Shown piece by piece: positions 8,367 through 16,657 of a stretch of DNA of 64,000 bases; position 1 is the stretch's first letter; each line of letters starts with the position of its first letter. The stretch spans positions 1-64,000 of the forward strand of contig JBEPVF010000003.1 of assembly GCA_041691135.1 (NCBI GenBank), written 5' to 3'. Under the pieces are notes generated by a model, which was not told the DNA's origin, made no database searches, and was given only the letters and a program-made list of their open reading frames with translations. A program made the position numbers and the translations under genes. Source of the DNA: Candidatus Peribacteria bacterium. GTDB lineage: Bacteria; Patescibacteriota; Gracilibacteria; Peribacterales; Peribacteraceae.

Positions 8367-9872
8367 TCAAAAGATTTCCGCTGCCGCTTCGGCCAGATTT
8401 ACAAGATCGCTGCGCGGGGGCGGGGCGGATTTTTCCTGGTCGAGCACGCAATCGAGTCGCAAGGGTTGCTGGAACATCTCCTGCAGAACACGTTCGATAG
8501 TGGTGCTGGCATCGGTCTGAGCCACACGGTCGCGGTGGAAGGCCGATGGAAAGCTCACCGTGACCCTGCCATTCTCCACGGTCGTCACACGTCCGTTCTT
8601 GAGCGACATCTTTACCGATGACGGCGTTGCCTGATTCACGACATCGTGCCAGCGGGAGACGACAGACTCGAAGGTGAGAAACGAAGAATGAGGACTTCGG
8701 TCTTGGGGATTGGGACTTGGGGATGGAGGTGTTGAGGAGGATTTGGGGATTGGGACTTGGGCCTTAGGACTGGGGACTTCGGTACGGATGATGGGAGGAG
8801 TAGCACTTGCTGCTTTGACGGGTTCTTCCTTCACATTTCGCTGACCACTGACCACTGCTTGCTGATTACTTGTGTGGGAAATAGCGGACAGCAGTGCCGC
8901 TTCCAGTGCCAACGACGGAACCGGCGATAGTCGCATATCTTTGACGGCATCGAGCAGCAGCTCGAGCAGCCGGACCGTGGCATCGATCGGTTCTTTCCGT
9001 TCGATTTTGCGATGGAGTTCGCGCCGCGCTTCGGCCAGCAGTTCGCGGGCGAAGGCCTCAAGGGCCACGCCTGCTTCGTCCAGCGCATCAATGGTTGCAA
9101 CGATGGCATCTGCGTCGCTGCTGGCGAGCGCGTCGAAGAGCTTGGTAACATGTTCGAAACCGATGGTGCCCACGCGTTGTTCGACGTCGGGCAGGCGGAT
9201 TTTGGGCAGTGAACGCAGTTGATCGAGCAGAGAGATCGCGTCGCGCAAGCCGCCCTGGGCATGATGGGCAATTGCCTTGAGCGCGGCGTCATCAATATCC
9301 ATTGTCTCCTGATCGGCGATAAAGCGCAGTCGTTTGATCATGTCGTCATCCTGGATATGCCGGAAACCGAAGCGCTGGCAGCGCGATTGGATGGTGGCTG
9401 GGACTTTCTGCAGTTCGGTGGTGGCGAGAATGAAGTACGCGTACGGCGGCGGCTCCTCCAGTGTTTTGAGCAGCGCATTGAACGCCTCGCGCGTGAGCAT
9501 GTGTACTTCGTCGATAATGTAGACCTTGGCGCTGCCTACAATCGGCGAGAATTGAATCTTCTCGACGAGTGATCGAATGTCATCAATACCGCGATTGCTG
9601 GCTGCATCGATTTCGATTAAGTCGGTAATCGTCCCTTCTTCCACCCCTTTCTCGATCTGCGTGCTCAGCACGGCATCTTCAATGCCTTGGGTCAGGAGCT
9701 TCTTTGCCAAAATACGCGCCATGGATGTTTTCCCGGTTCCGCGTGGTCCGGCAAACAAATAGGCATGTGCAATTTTGTCCTGCTTCACCGCCTGTTCCAA
9801 GGTTGTCACGACGGCTTCCTGCCCGGAGACATCACCGAAGGATTGAGGCCGGTATTTGCGATACAGAGACAT
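8367..9872 (-). CDS. dnaX: DNA polymerase III subunit gamma/tau
   Basis: LYRKYRPQSF, GPRGTGKT, EIDAASNRG, IIDEVHML, LLKTLEEPP, TIQSRCQ. Confidence 0.96.
   Translation of the reverse strand: MSLYRKYRPQSFGDVSGQEAVVTTLEQAVKQDKIAHAYLFAGPRGTGKTSMARILAKKLLTQGIEDAVLSTQIEKGVEEGTITDLIEIDAASNRGIDDIRSLVEKIQFSPIVGSAKVYIIDEVHMLTREAFNALLKTLEEPPPYAYFILATTELQKVPATIQSRCQRFGFRHIQDDDMIKRLRFIADQETMDIDDAALKAIAHHAQGGLRDAISLLDQLRSLPKIRLPDVEQRVGTIGFEHVTKLFDALASSDADAIVATIDALDEAGVALEAFARELLAEARRELHRKIERKEPIDATVRLLELLLDAVKDMRLSPVPSLALEAALLSAISHTSNQQAVVSGQRNVKEEPVKAASATPPIIRTEVPSPKAQVPIPKSSSTPPSPSPNPQDRSPHSSFLTFESVVSRWHDVVNQATPSSVKMSLKNGRVTTVENGRVTVSFPSAFHRDRVAQTDASTTIERVLQEMFQQPLRLDCVLDQEKSAPPPRSDLVNLAEAAAEIF
8692..8782. 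repeat. Heptamer (GGACTTG-like) periodic tract inside the dnaX linker
   Basis: ggacttc/ggtcttg/gggattg/ggacttg ... ggatttg/gggattg/ggacttg/ggcctta/ggactgg/ggacttc. Confidence 0.65.
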
Positions 9873-10020
9873 ACTGACAGTATGGATTGAGAAGGGGGAA
9901 TTGAGAATTGAAAATGGCGTACTTTCTCCAGAAAAGAGACCAGATCTCAATTTTCTTATGAATCCTTAATCTTGTCCGAGGTAGTGTACAATTCCACCGT
10001 TACCAGTTCCCCATTCCTCC

Positions 10021-10614
10021 ATGAAACGTCTGGCTCTCATCGCTCTCACACTTCTTGGTTTAACTGCCTGCGGCGTCGATACGACCGGCATTTCCAAGGA
10101 AACAAGTCGCAAGCCGGAAGGTAATCCGGATGCGGCGATTCATGTGACGGAGTATGCGGATTTGGAATGCCCGGCTTGCCGCTCGGCATATTCCATTATT
10201 GTGCAGCCGTTGCTGCTGCAATACAGCAGCGAGATCAGCCTGGAGTACAAACACTTTCCGCTGCGCACGATCCACCCGTACACAATGGACTTGGCCGAGG
10301 CCGCCGAATGCGTGGCCGATCAGGGGAAGTTCTGGGAGTACGTGAACACGGCCTTTACCAAGCAGCCCGATTTGAACAGCGCTGCAGTGCGCCAGTGGGC
10401 AGCGGATCTGCGTGTCGATATGAGTCTGTACGATCGCTGTACCAAGTCGCACATCAAACGTGCCGAGATTCTGGCTGACTATCAGCAGGGAGTGGATGCC
10501 GGAGTAGAAGGAACACCCACATTCTTTGTGAACGGCAAGAAGGTCAACAGTGCTCTGGCAGACATCACAGCTGCCATCGAAGAATCGAAGAAGGGGACGG
10601 GGCAACGATTATAA
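10021..10614 (+). CDS. DsbA-family thioredoxin-fold lipoprotein
   Basis: Lipobox LTAC, EYADLECPAC, HFPL, GVEGTPTFFVNG. Confidence 0.92.
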   Translation: MKRLALIALTLLGLTACGVDTTGISKETSRKPEGNPDAAIHVTEYADLECPACRSAYSIIVQPLLLQYSSEISLEYKHFPLRTIHPYTMDLAEAAECVADQGKFWEYVNTAFTKQPDLNSAAVRQWAADLRVDMSLYDRCTKSHIKRAEILADYQQGVDAGVEGTPTFFVNGKKVNSALADITAAIEESKKGTGQRL

Positions 10615-10713
10615 AGTGATCGAGGTAGTAGAGGTGATCGAAGATAGGGACGTATAAGGAAAAAAGAGAGGATTACTCTCTTCTTCCTAATCGACGGTCA
10701 TACCAGTCACCGC

Positions 10714-11298
10714 TTATTGCTTTGCGAGCTGCGCGAATCCGTAGAGTCGCTTTAGCCGCGTATCATAAAGGACGACGGTGGAGTACGGGCCAGCCTGACT
10801 GGTCGGCAGTGAGTACATCTGGGCGCTATACGGGTTTTTGAGGCGCCCAAGGTCCAGATCGTTTTTTCCGGGGAATGTTCCGTCGCGCGGGTCGACGTTC
10901 TTGGTCAGATATACGTGCAGTTCGGGGCCCGGATCGGTGATGAAATCGGCGCCCAGATACACTGCGCTGTCGGTCACCAGTACATGGCCCTGAGGCTGCT
11001 CTTTGACCGGCACGAAACTACCTAGGAGTCCCTTCACTATCACGGTATTTGCTTCTTTGGAGCGTCGGGTGGCCTCATCTTTTACATTTCCGATATACGT
11101 CTTGAGGGCAGGATCCTTTTTGAGCGCATCATCTTCGCTGATGATGATATCGACCATGCGCTGGCCAAGGTCGTCGTAGTACTGCTTGGTGTAGAGAGGA
11201 TTTTTTATCAGATCAGCCGATGGAGCCGAGGCAACCGAGCCGCCACAGGCGGTGAGGAACACTGCGCCAAGCAGCGCAAAAGGGAGGAAGTGCTTCAT
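10714..11298 (-). CDS. Lipoprotein with C-terminal DM13-like domain
   Basis: Lipobox LTAC; GPELHVYL, DLGRLK, QMYSLP, VVLY...FAQL typical of DM13. Confidence 0.72.
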   Translation of the reverse strand: MKHFLPFALLGAVFLTACGGSVASAPSADLIKNPLYTKQYYDDLGQRMVDIIISEDDALKKDPALKTYIGNVKDEATRRSKEANTVIVKGLLGSFVPVKEQPQGHVLVTDSAVYLGADFITDPGPELHVYLTKNVDPRDGTFPGKNDLDLGRLKNPYSAQMYSLPTSQAGPYSTVVLYDTRLKRLYGFAQLAKQ

Positions 11299-11320
11299 AG
11301 TGATGCTACTATACAATGCT

Positions 11321-13084
11321 TCAGCCCATACTCAAGGTTTGTGCCTGACGACTCCGGCCTTGTCCCTGGAGTTTTTCGCGCTCTCGCATCAGGGCCTTTA
11401 ATTTGTGATCGAATCCGAAAGTCGTGCTTCGTTTATCCGAATCAGGTATGCCGTGAAAGACGGGAGTCATCCAATAAATCCATTCCCTGTTGGTGGCATG
11501 CGTTTCACATTCCTTCAGATAATCGGTGATTTCGTCCGGACTGACATGGACGACTGTGGCGGCCCGCGTTCCGTTTTGATAATCGCGAATCACGTTCCCT
11601 GTATCCGGCCGTTCCGCACTGCGGATGTCGACGTTCTCCAGCGTGAATCGTTTATCTTGCGAGCGGTGTGCGATATCGGCAGTCGATTCTTCGGCCCGTT
11701 CGTGCATGAGTATCTTCCGTTCGGTGTCCAAATAGCCTCGGTCGGTCGCCCACCATTCGTTGAACTTGCTTTTTCGGAACGCCTCGAAGGTGGCAAAATT
11801 TTTCTTTGCCACTTTTTTGTACATTTGCGTCATGGAGCCGGGGGCTTCGCTATTGATCAATTCTTCAATTTCCTCATCCACATCTTCTACCAAGCGAGGC
11901 GGCTTCTGTTCGGGAGGATTCATTCGTGAGTATTCCCTGTCGTGGCTGAGCAGACGCTCCATGCGAAACAGCAGTTGTTGAGATTCGGGAAACAACATTG
12001 ATGCCTTTGCTTTCATCATTTCGAAGGCGGCGACGTCGAAATTCCCGTCCGAAATAAGTTCGTCGATATTCGCGCACTGGCTCTGTTCGGCATTCCATTG
12101 TCCCAAAATCTCTTTATAAGTCTCTACTTGTTTCGTTCGTACATCGTAGTCCAGTCGTAGAAATTGCGGCAGCGACAAGCTTTGCAATCGGGGCGGCACA
12201 CCGTTTTGGTCCATTTGATCTTTGATTTTTTCGAAGTCGCCAGCCACATCCTGCCAACGGCCAATCAGTTCAGGCAGCCGTTTAGCGAGGAAGGTTGCCG
12301 TATCCTCTTCCGTTCCATTCCATTCGTTGAAGATCCGGTCCAGCCAACGTGATGCGCTCGCAATGCATTTTCCTTCCAACGGTTTGAGAATTCCTTTTGC
12401 CTGCAGCTGCAGCAGTTTCATCCCATTGCTCTTATCGTGCATGCGCAGGGCCTCTTCCACTTGTTCCACCAGCGTCATTTTGTCGGGGTAACTCAGTGCC
12501 GCAAACTTTTCTTTGGAGTTGAATGCGTCCAGTGCTTTCGGGTCGATATTTTTGTCAGTGAGCTTTTTGAATGTGGGATTATTCATGATTTTTTGACGCT
12601 GCTCTCCCAGTTCAAGCCATGTCTTGAGGTGCGGGAAAAACTTCTCATTCAGATACGCTTTGCGGTCGGCTTCCAATACCTCCTGATTTTTGAATTTATC
12701 ACGCCACCAATTGGCTTTATCGGCTGTCATTACCTGCATGCGAACGGCGTCGGCCAAGCCCTTCTCGAATTTGCTCCCATAATCTTTCGCCTCACTGATG
12801 ACGCGCGATACGAGGAAGATGTTCTCGCGCATCCAATCGATGTGACGGCCCCGCTCTAGTTTCTCAAAGTCTGCCAAGTACGCCTGCTTGGTTTTGGCGC
12901 TGACAATGTCATTGTTTTCTTCCAGAAGCCTTCGACAAGTATTGATGCAGCCGCGGATTTCCTTTCGGACCTTTTCGTCCTGCGCTTTCTCTGTCCCTTC
13001 ATTCTTGTCGTCTTCCACTTCCGGGCTGTTCCCGTCAGCACGCGGCCGCGCTGATGGACCTGCCATTTTATAGAGGAACCGCAT
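11321..13084 (-). CDS. Large helical hypothetical protein with internal duplication
   Basis: 587-aa ORF, charged and helical; no family recognised. Confidence 0.75.
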   Translation of the reverse strand: MRFLYKMAGPSARPRADGNSPEVEDDKNEGTEKAQDEKVRKEIRGCINTCRRLLEENNDIVSAKTKQAYLADFEKLERGRHIDWMRENIFLVSRVISEAKDYGSKFEKGLADAVRMQVMTADKANWWRDKFKNQEVLEADRKAYLNEKFFPHLKTWLELGEQRQKIMNNPTFKKLTDKNIDPKALDAFNSKEKFAALSYPDKMTLVEQVEEALRMHDKSNGMKLLQLQAKGILKPLEGKCIASASRWLDRIFNEWNGTEEDTATFLAKRLPELIGRWQDVAGDFEKIKDQMDQNGVPPRLQSLSLPQFLRLDYDVRTKQVETYKEILGQWNAEQSQCANIDELISDGNFDVAAFEMMKAKASMLFPESQQLLFRMERLLSHDREYSRMNPPEQKPPRLVEDVDEEIEELINSEAPGSMTQMYKKVAKKNFATFEAFRKSKFNEWWATDRGYLDTERKILMHERAEESTADIAHRSQDKRFTLENVDIRSAERPDTGNVIRDYQNGTRAATVVHVSPDEITDYLKECETHATNREWIYWMTPVFHGIPDSDKRSTTFGFDHKLKALMREREKLQGQGRSRQAQTLSMG

Positions 13085-13188
13085 GCCAACCTATTGTGGC
13101 TATTTTGCGGCTAAGCCACAAGCGGTCCGCGCACTTTCTTTGCACGATAAGCGCTTCCTTTTGCGATTCGGTCTGCTATTCTCGCCGC

Positions 13189-13776
13189 ATGATCCTGTCC
13201 GATCGTGATATCAAAAAGGCGCTCGAAGCTGGCCGCGTTAAAATCGATAGGCCGGCAAGTGACTACCTGCCCCATATCCATGCCTCGAGCATGGACATGC
13301 GACTCGGCAGTACATTCAAGTTGTATGAGCACAGCAAATTTGCCGTTCTGGACCCCAAGCGGCCCGAAACGTTCCATGGACTGATGCGGACGATCGTAGT
13401 TGCCGAAGGCGAGTCGTATATGGTGCAGCCGGGGGAGTTTGTGTTGGGTGTGACGCAGGAAACAATCACATTGCCGGATGATCTGGTGGCGCGGGTGGAA
13501 GGGCGCAGTTCACTTGGTCGACTTGGCATTATCGTTCACTCAACCGCAGGGTTCGTGGACCCGGGTTTCTCGGGCACCATCACGCTCGAGATCAGCAATC
13601 TGAACCGCATGCCGGTGGCGTTGTATCCAGGCATGCGCATCTGCCAATTGGCCTTCGAAGTGATGTCGAGCCCGGCCGATATGCCGTACAATATGAAGCC
13701 GCACAGCAAATACCAGAATCAGGTGTTACCGGAGGAAAGCAGGCTGTCGAGCGATCCGGAGTTCGTAAAGGCCTGA
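13189..13776 (+). CDS. dcd: dCTP deaminase
   Basis: MILSDRDI, EGRSSLGRLG, TAGFVDPGFSGTITLE, GMRICQL, KYQNQ. Confidence 0.96.
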   Translation: MILSDRDIKKALEAGRVKIDRPASDYLPHIHASSMDMRLGSTFKLYEHSKFAVLDPKRPETFHGLMRTIVVAEGESYMVQPGEFVLGVTQETITLPDDLVARVEGRSSLGRLGIIVHSTAGFVDPGFSGTITLEISNLNRMPVALYPGMRICQLAFEVMSSPADMPYNMKPHSKYQNQVLPEESRLSSDPEFVKA

Positions 13777-13824
13777 TAAGGGGATGACTCCGGCATACGT
13801 TTCTATTACCATTCACTCCCGCTT

Positions 13825-13853
13825 GGACGATTATCGGCCCAGGCCGATGGTTA
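13825..13853 (+). repeat. tRNA-Val 5' fragment copy 1 with hairpin substitution
   Basis: GGACGATTA-TCGGCCCAGGCCGA-TGGTTA versus tRNA GGACGATTA-GCTCAGC-TGGTTA. Confidence 0.8.
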
Positions 13854-13883
13854 CAGACTAGGACTCATCTTTTACTCTCACAT

Positions 13884-13915
13884 GGACGATTATCCGCCAC
13901 AGGCGGATGGTTAGA
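13884..13915 (+). repeat. tRNA-Val 5' fragment copy 2 with hairpin substitution
   Basis: GGACGATTA-TCCGCCACAGGCGGA-TGGTTAGA. Confidence 0.8.
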
Positions 13916-13941
13916 CCCTCAGATCTCTCTCATTCTTACTT

Positions 13942-14018
13942 GGACGATTAGCTCAGCTGGTTAGAGCGTGCGATTCACATTCGCAAGGTCACTGGTTCGA
14001 ACCCAGTATCGTCCACCA
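13942..14018 (+). tRNA. tRNA-Val (anticodon CAC)
   Basis: Cloverleaf: GGACGAT/ATCGTCC acceptor, GCTC/GAGC D stem, TGCGA-TT-CAC-AT-TCGCA anticodon arm, ACTGG-TTCGAAC-CCAGT T arm, encoded CCA; 77 nt. Confidence 0.96.
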
Positions 14019-14037
14019 CACAATTCTCGCATCGTGT

Positions 14038-14304
14038 ATGTATAGCGTTTATGTTATTCAAAATATTCAAGGTATTCTCTATAAAGGATTTACGAAGGAT
14101 CTAAAAAAACGGATAGCACAACACAATGCTCCTGATGGTTTCAAATCCTATACTTCTAAGAGAGGTCCCTGGAAACTTGTATATGTAGAAGAGTTTCCAA
14201 CAGAACTAGAAGCAAAAAGCAGAGAAAAATTCCTTAAGTCAGGAAAGGGCAGAGATTTTTTAAAAGAAATGATTGGACGATTATCGGTCCAGGCGGATGG
14301 CTAG
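14038..14304 (+). CDS. Stand-alone GIY-YIG nuclease family protein
   Basis: YSVYVI...LYKGFTKDLKKRIAQHN...YTSKRGPWKLVYVE...AKSREKFLKSGKGR. Confidence 0.92.
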   Translation: MYSVYVIQNIQGILYKGFTKDLKKRIAQHNAPDGFKSYTSKRGPWKLVYVEEFPTELEAKSREKFLKSGKGRDFLKEMIGRLSVQADG

Positions 14305-14374
14305 AGCGTGCGATTCATCCGCCGAGGCGGACAAGGTCTCCGACTAGGCGGTTCGAACCCAGTATCGTCCACCA
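14275..14374 (+). pseudogene. Full-length tRNA-Val copy disrupted by three hairpin substitutions
   Basis: Aligns end to end with 13942-14018; 77+7+8+8=100 nt; the anticodon is destroyed. Confidence 0.85.
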
Positions 14375-14384
14375 TCAATTTTCT

Positions 14385-14894
14385 TTAGAAAATAGTTAGC
14401 CGTTTATTTAAAGGGGTAGCCATGACGCTAGCAATAGCAAACCAGGAAACCATCCATAACAGAATCCACATCGCAAACATATTTGGTACTGGCCCCCACT
14501 CTAGCCCCGCTAAACCATCAAGAACTTTTTTTATAAAATAGAGGGTTCCCATGAGCATAAAAATTCCAGTCACAACAAAAAGGAGTCGATTCCATTTTTC
14601 TGAAAAATACCGACGCAAGATTACAATAAGGAATATGAAAATTGGCAAAAAAATGGTGAATGCAAGCAGTGCTGTCACTCGATTTCCCACACCCTGATAA
14701 TACTGCACACCGAGAGCGTAATTTCCAATTTCTTGTAAGCTCATAATCATTTTATCCCCCCTTTGTCCTGCAAGTCCTGGCGTTGGCACTTGAAACGGTG
14801 AAACATACAATCGAGAAGCTATGAAATATATCGCACATAAACCAAGTATTATTGCAATGAGGCTGGCGGCTTTTATTGTGTGAGATTTAGTCAT
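14385..14894 (-). CDS. Hypothetical membrane protein (about 4 TM), AT-rich
   Basis: 169-aa ORF with four hydrophobic segments. Confidence 0.7.
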   Translation of the reverse strand: MTKSHTIKAASLIAIILGLCAIYFIASRLYVSPFQVPTPGLAGQRGDKMIMSLQEIGNYALGVQYYQGVGNRVTALLAFTIFLPIFIFLIVILRRYFSEKWNRLLFVVTGIFMLMGTLYFIKKVLDGLAGLEWGPVPNMFAMWILLWMVSWFAIASVMATPLNKRLTIF

Positions 14895-14952
14895 AGAGAA
14901 GAAGTAATACTGTGTGGATTATCCTGCTTATACAGTTTAGCAGGTACAACTG

Positions 14953-15100
14953 CACCATGGCACGGTCGTGTCATTTTTCGAAAAAGACACCCTGCGCAAT
15001 CAGGCGTAAGCTGTTTGCTAGAGCAGAGAAAAGACACTTTCCAATTTTGAATACGTTTCATTAATCTCAGTTCGAACGTCGTACAGTTTCGTCCACCAAG
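14953..15100 (+). repeat. 148-bp degenerate direct repeat A ending in the tRNA-Val 3' end (att-like)
   Basis: CACCATGGCAC...CGTGTCATTTT...CAGGCG.AAG...CGAACGTC...CAGTTTCGTCCACCAAG; same length and anchors as 15971-16118. Confidence 0.75.
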
Positions 15101-15141
15101 AACTTGCAAAATATGAGATATGTATTTAATGTACATTTCAT

Positions 15142-15957
15142 ATGAAACCGCGCAGCCCAGAGTTTGGTAATTGGGTGAGAACTACTAGAGAGGAAAACAG
15201 GCTTTCGCAGCAAGATCTAGCTAAATTAGCGAGTATCAGTCAACAAACAGTATCGAAAATTGAACGTACGGGAATTGTCCCTCCCGATGTCTCAATCGAG
15301 CGCATTTGTATGGCCTTGCATAGGGAGATGTCTGAAGGGTTGGCAATAGTGAACAGACAGACAACCAATCAATTATTTTTACTATGTGAAGGTTCACGAC
15401 GAGAATTCATACAGCGCCTTAGCCAACACGCTAGCAAAAATGATAAAGTAGGTGTCTTCTTCTTGGAAGAAGGAGGCCCGTTAGATCCTCAAAAATTCGC
15501 AATTGATTGGCATCGTCGAGTACTTGATACGTCACCAAAAATATATTCTTCTCTATTGTTTCGTTTCCCGGAGGACTCGATCAATTTCAATTTATACTGG
15601 CATGAAATGCAAAGATTAGTTCCTGGAAGTGAGAACCGTTTCAGGGGTTTTAATCGTCATCCAAATTTTGTGGAAGATAGAAATAGAGCTTTACCAGTTG
15701 CAAGAGAACAGATTCTCATGACTACCCCCCAAGGTCCAGACCTCTACTCTCATTTTTTGGACCCAGATGCTTTTGACGCAGAACTTCATCTTAAGACGCC
15801 TCATTTTGAGGCAAAATCCAAAGCTATGAAATTACAACCTTCAACTCCAGAAAGAGCAACAAAAGCTTCCCAGTATCTGGGTTTAACTTCTTTTACAGAA
15901 GTTGATCCTGAGCGATGGATTCATATAAATCCGTTGGCTAGTGGCAACGAAAAATAA
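15142..15957 (+). CDS. XRE-family HTH protein with unknown C-terminal domain
   Basis: FGNWVRTTREENRLSQQDLAKLASISQQTVSKIERTG. Confidence 0.82.
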   Translation: MKPRSPEFGNWVRTTREENRLSQQDLAKLASISQQTVSKIERTGIVPPDVSIERICMALHREMSEGLAIVNRQTTNQLFLLCEGSRREFIQRLSQHASKNDKVGVFFLEEGGPLDPQKFAIDWHRRVLDTSPKIYSSLLFRFPEDSINFNLYWHEMQRLVPGSENRFRGFNRHPNFVEDRNRALPVAREQILMTTPQGPDLYSHFLDPDAFDAELHLKTPHFEAKSKAMKLQPSTPERATKASQYLGLTSFTEVDPERWIHINPLASGNEK

Positions 15958-15970
15958 TTGAACGTCAAGT

Positions 15971-16118
15971 CACCATGGCACTCACGTGTCATTTTCGCGA
16001 AAAGCTGACATGTAAAAGCAGGCGCAAGTCGCTACCTGTAGGAACGAAAGTGAACCCTTCAATCGCTGACAGGTATCGCAAACCTCATTCCGAACGTCAT
16101 GCAGTATCGTCCACCAAG
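15971..16118 (+). repeat. 148-bp degenerate direct repeat B ending in the tRNA-Val 3' end (att-like)
   Basis: Ends CAGTATCGTCCACCA, identical to the last 15 nt of tRNA-Val. Confidence 0.75.
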
Positions 16119-16121
16119 TCA

Positions 16122-16151
16122 TTGACATGTATATTAAAAAATGTCTAAAAT
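16122..16151 (+). promoter_or_regulatory. Sigma70-type promoter
   Basis: TTGACA-N18-TAAAAT, 6 nt before the ATG at 16158. Confidence 0.6.
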
Positions 16152-16157
16152 TTATTT

Positions 16158-16562
16158 ATGGGAAAGTTTGAACTTAAAATTGGGCGACTTGATATCGATC
16201 CCCGGCGTTTAGAATTCACTGGGAGTGATCCATACGATGCTGTTCATAAATTTATTGTCGAGCATGCAGACGCTGCAATGCTTCTTTTTGCATGTGCTGA
16301 TGCGAGTAGACACTGGGAGGTAAGAAACCATTTTGGAAAGAGGGATGATGATCTTGTAGCGGGCGGAAGTTTGTACACGAGAGATGAAAAACTGATTCTG
16401 GCTGATTATTCGGGAGATTATGGCGCTCTTCCCCCAGAGGAGGCTCAAGTATTGGCAGAGCTGACATTGCAACACCTGGCTGAAAATTTCGGCCTTAACC
16501 TTAAAAAGGCTTCAGGCATACCTTCCAATCGAGGTTCAGTGAATCCAATGTGGTCTAAATAA
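16158..16562 (+). CDS. Hypothetical protein
   Basis: 134-aa ORF with its own promoter. Confidence 0.65.
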   Translation: MGKFELKIGRLDIDPRRLEFTGSDPYDAVHKFIVEHADAAMLLFACADASRHWEVRNHFGKRDDDLVAGGSLYTRDEKLILADYSGDYGALPPEEAQVLAELTLQHLAENFGLNLKKASGIPSNRGSVNPMWSK

Positions 16563-16657
16563 CTATTAGATGTAAATCATTTGCTGCAATAGAGCAAAAG
16601 CACGTTCCATTTGGGCATATGTCTTCCTGATTTCCTGTCTGTCTTCTTCAAATAAAT

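Noticed and set aside
13825-13965. CRISPR array
   Set aside because: Repeats are tRNA 5' ends, spacers are related to each other, there are only three units, and no cas genes are in the window
14275-14374. Intron-containing functional tRNA
   Set aside because: Native bases are replaced rather than interrupted; removing the hairpins does not restore the D stem or anticodon arm
14891-15136. 81-aa minus-strand ORF
   Set aside because: Runs through repeat A and the XRE promoter region; no motif recognised
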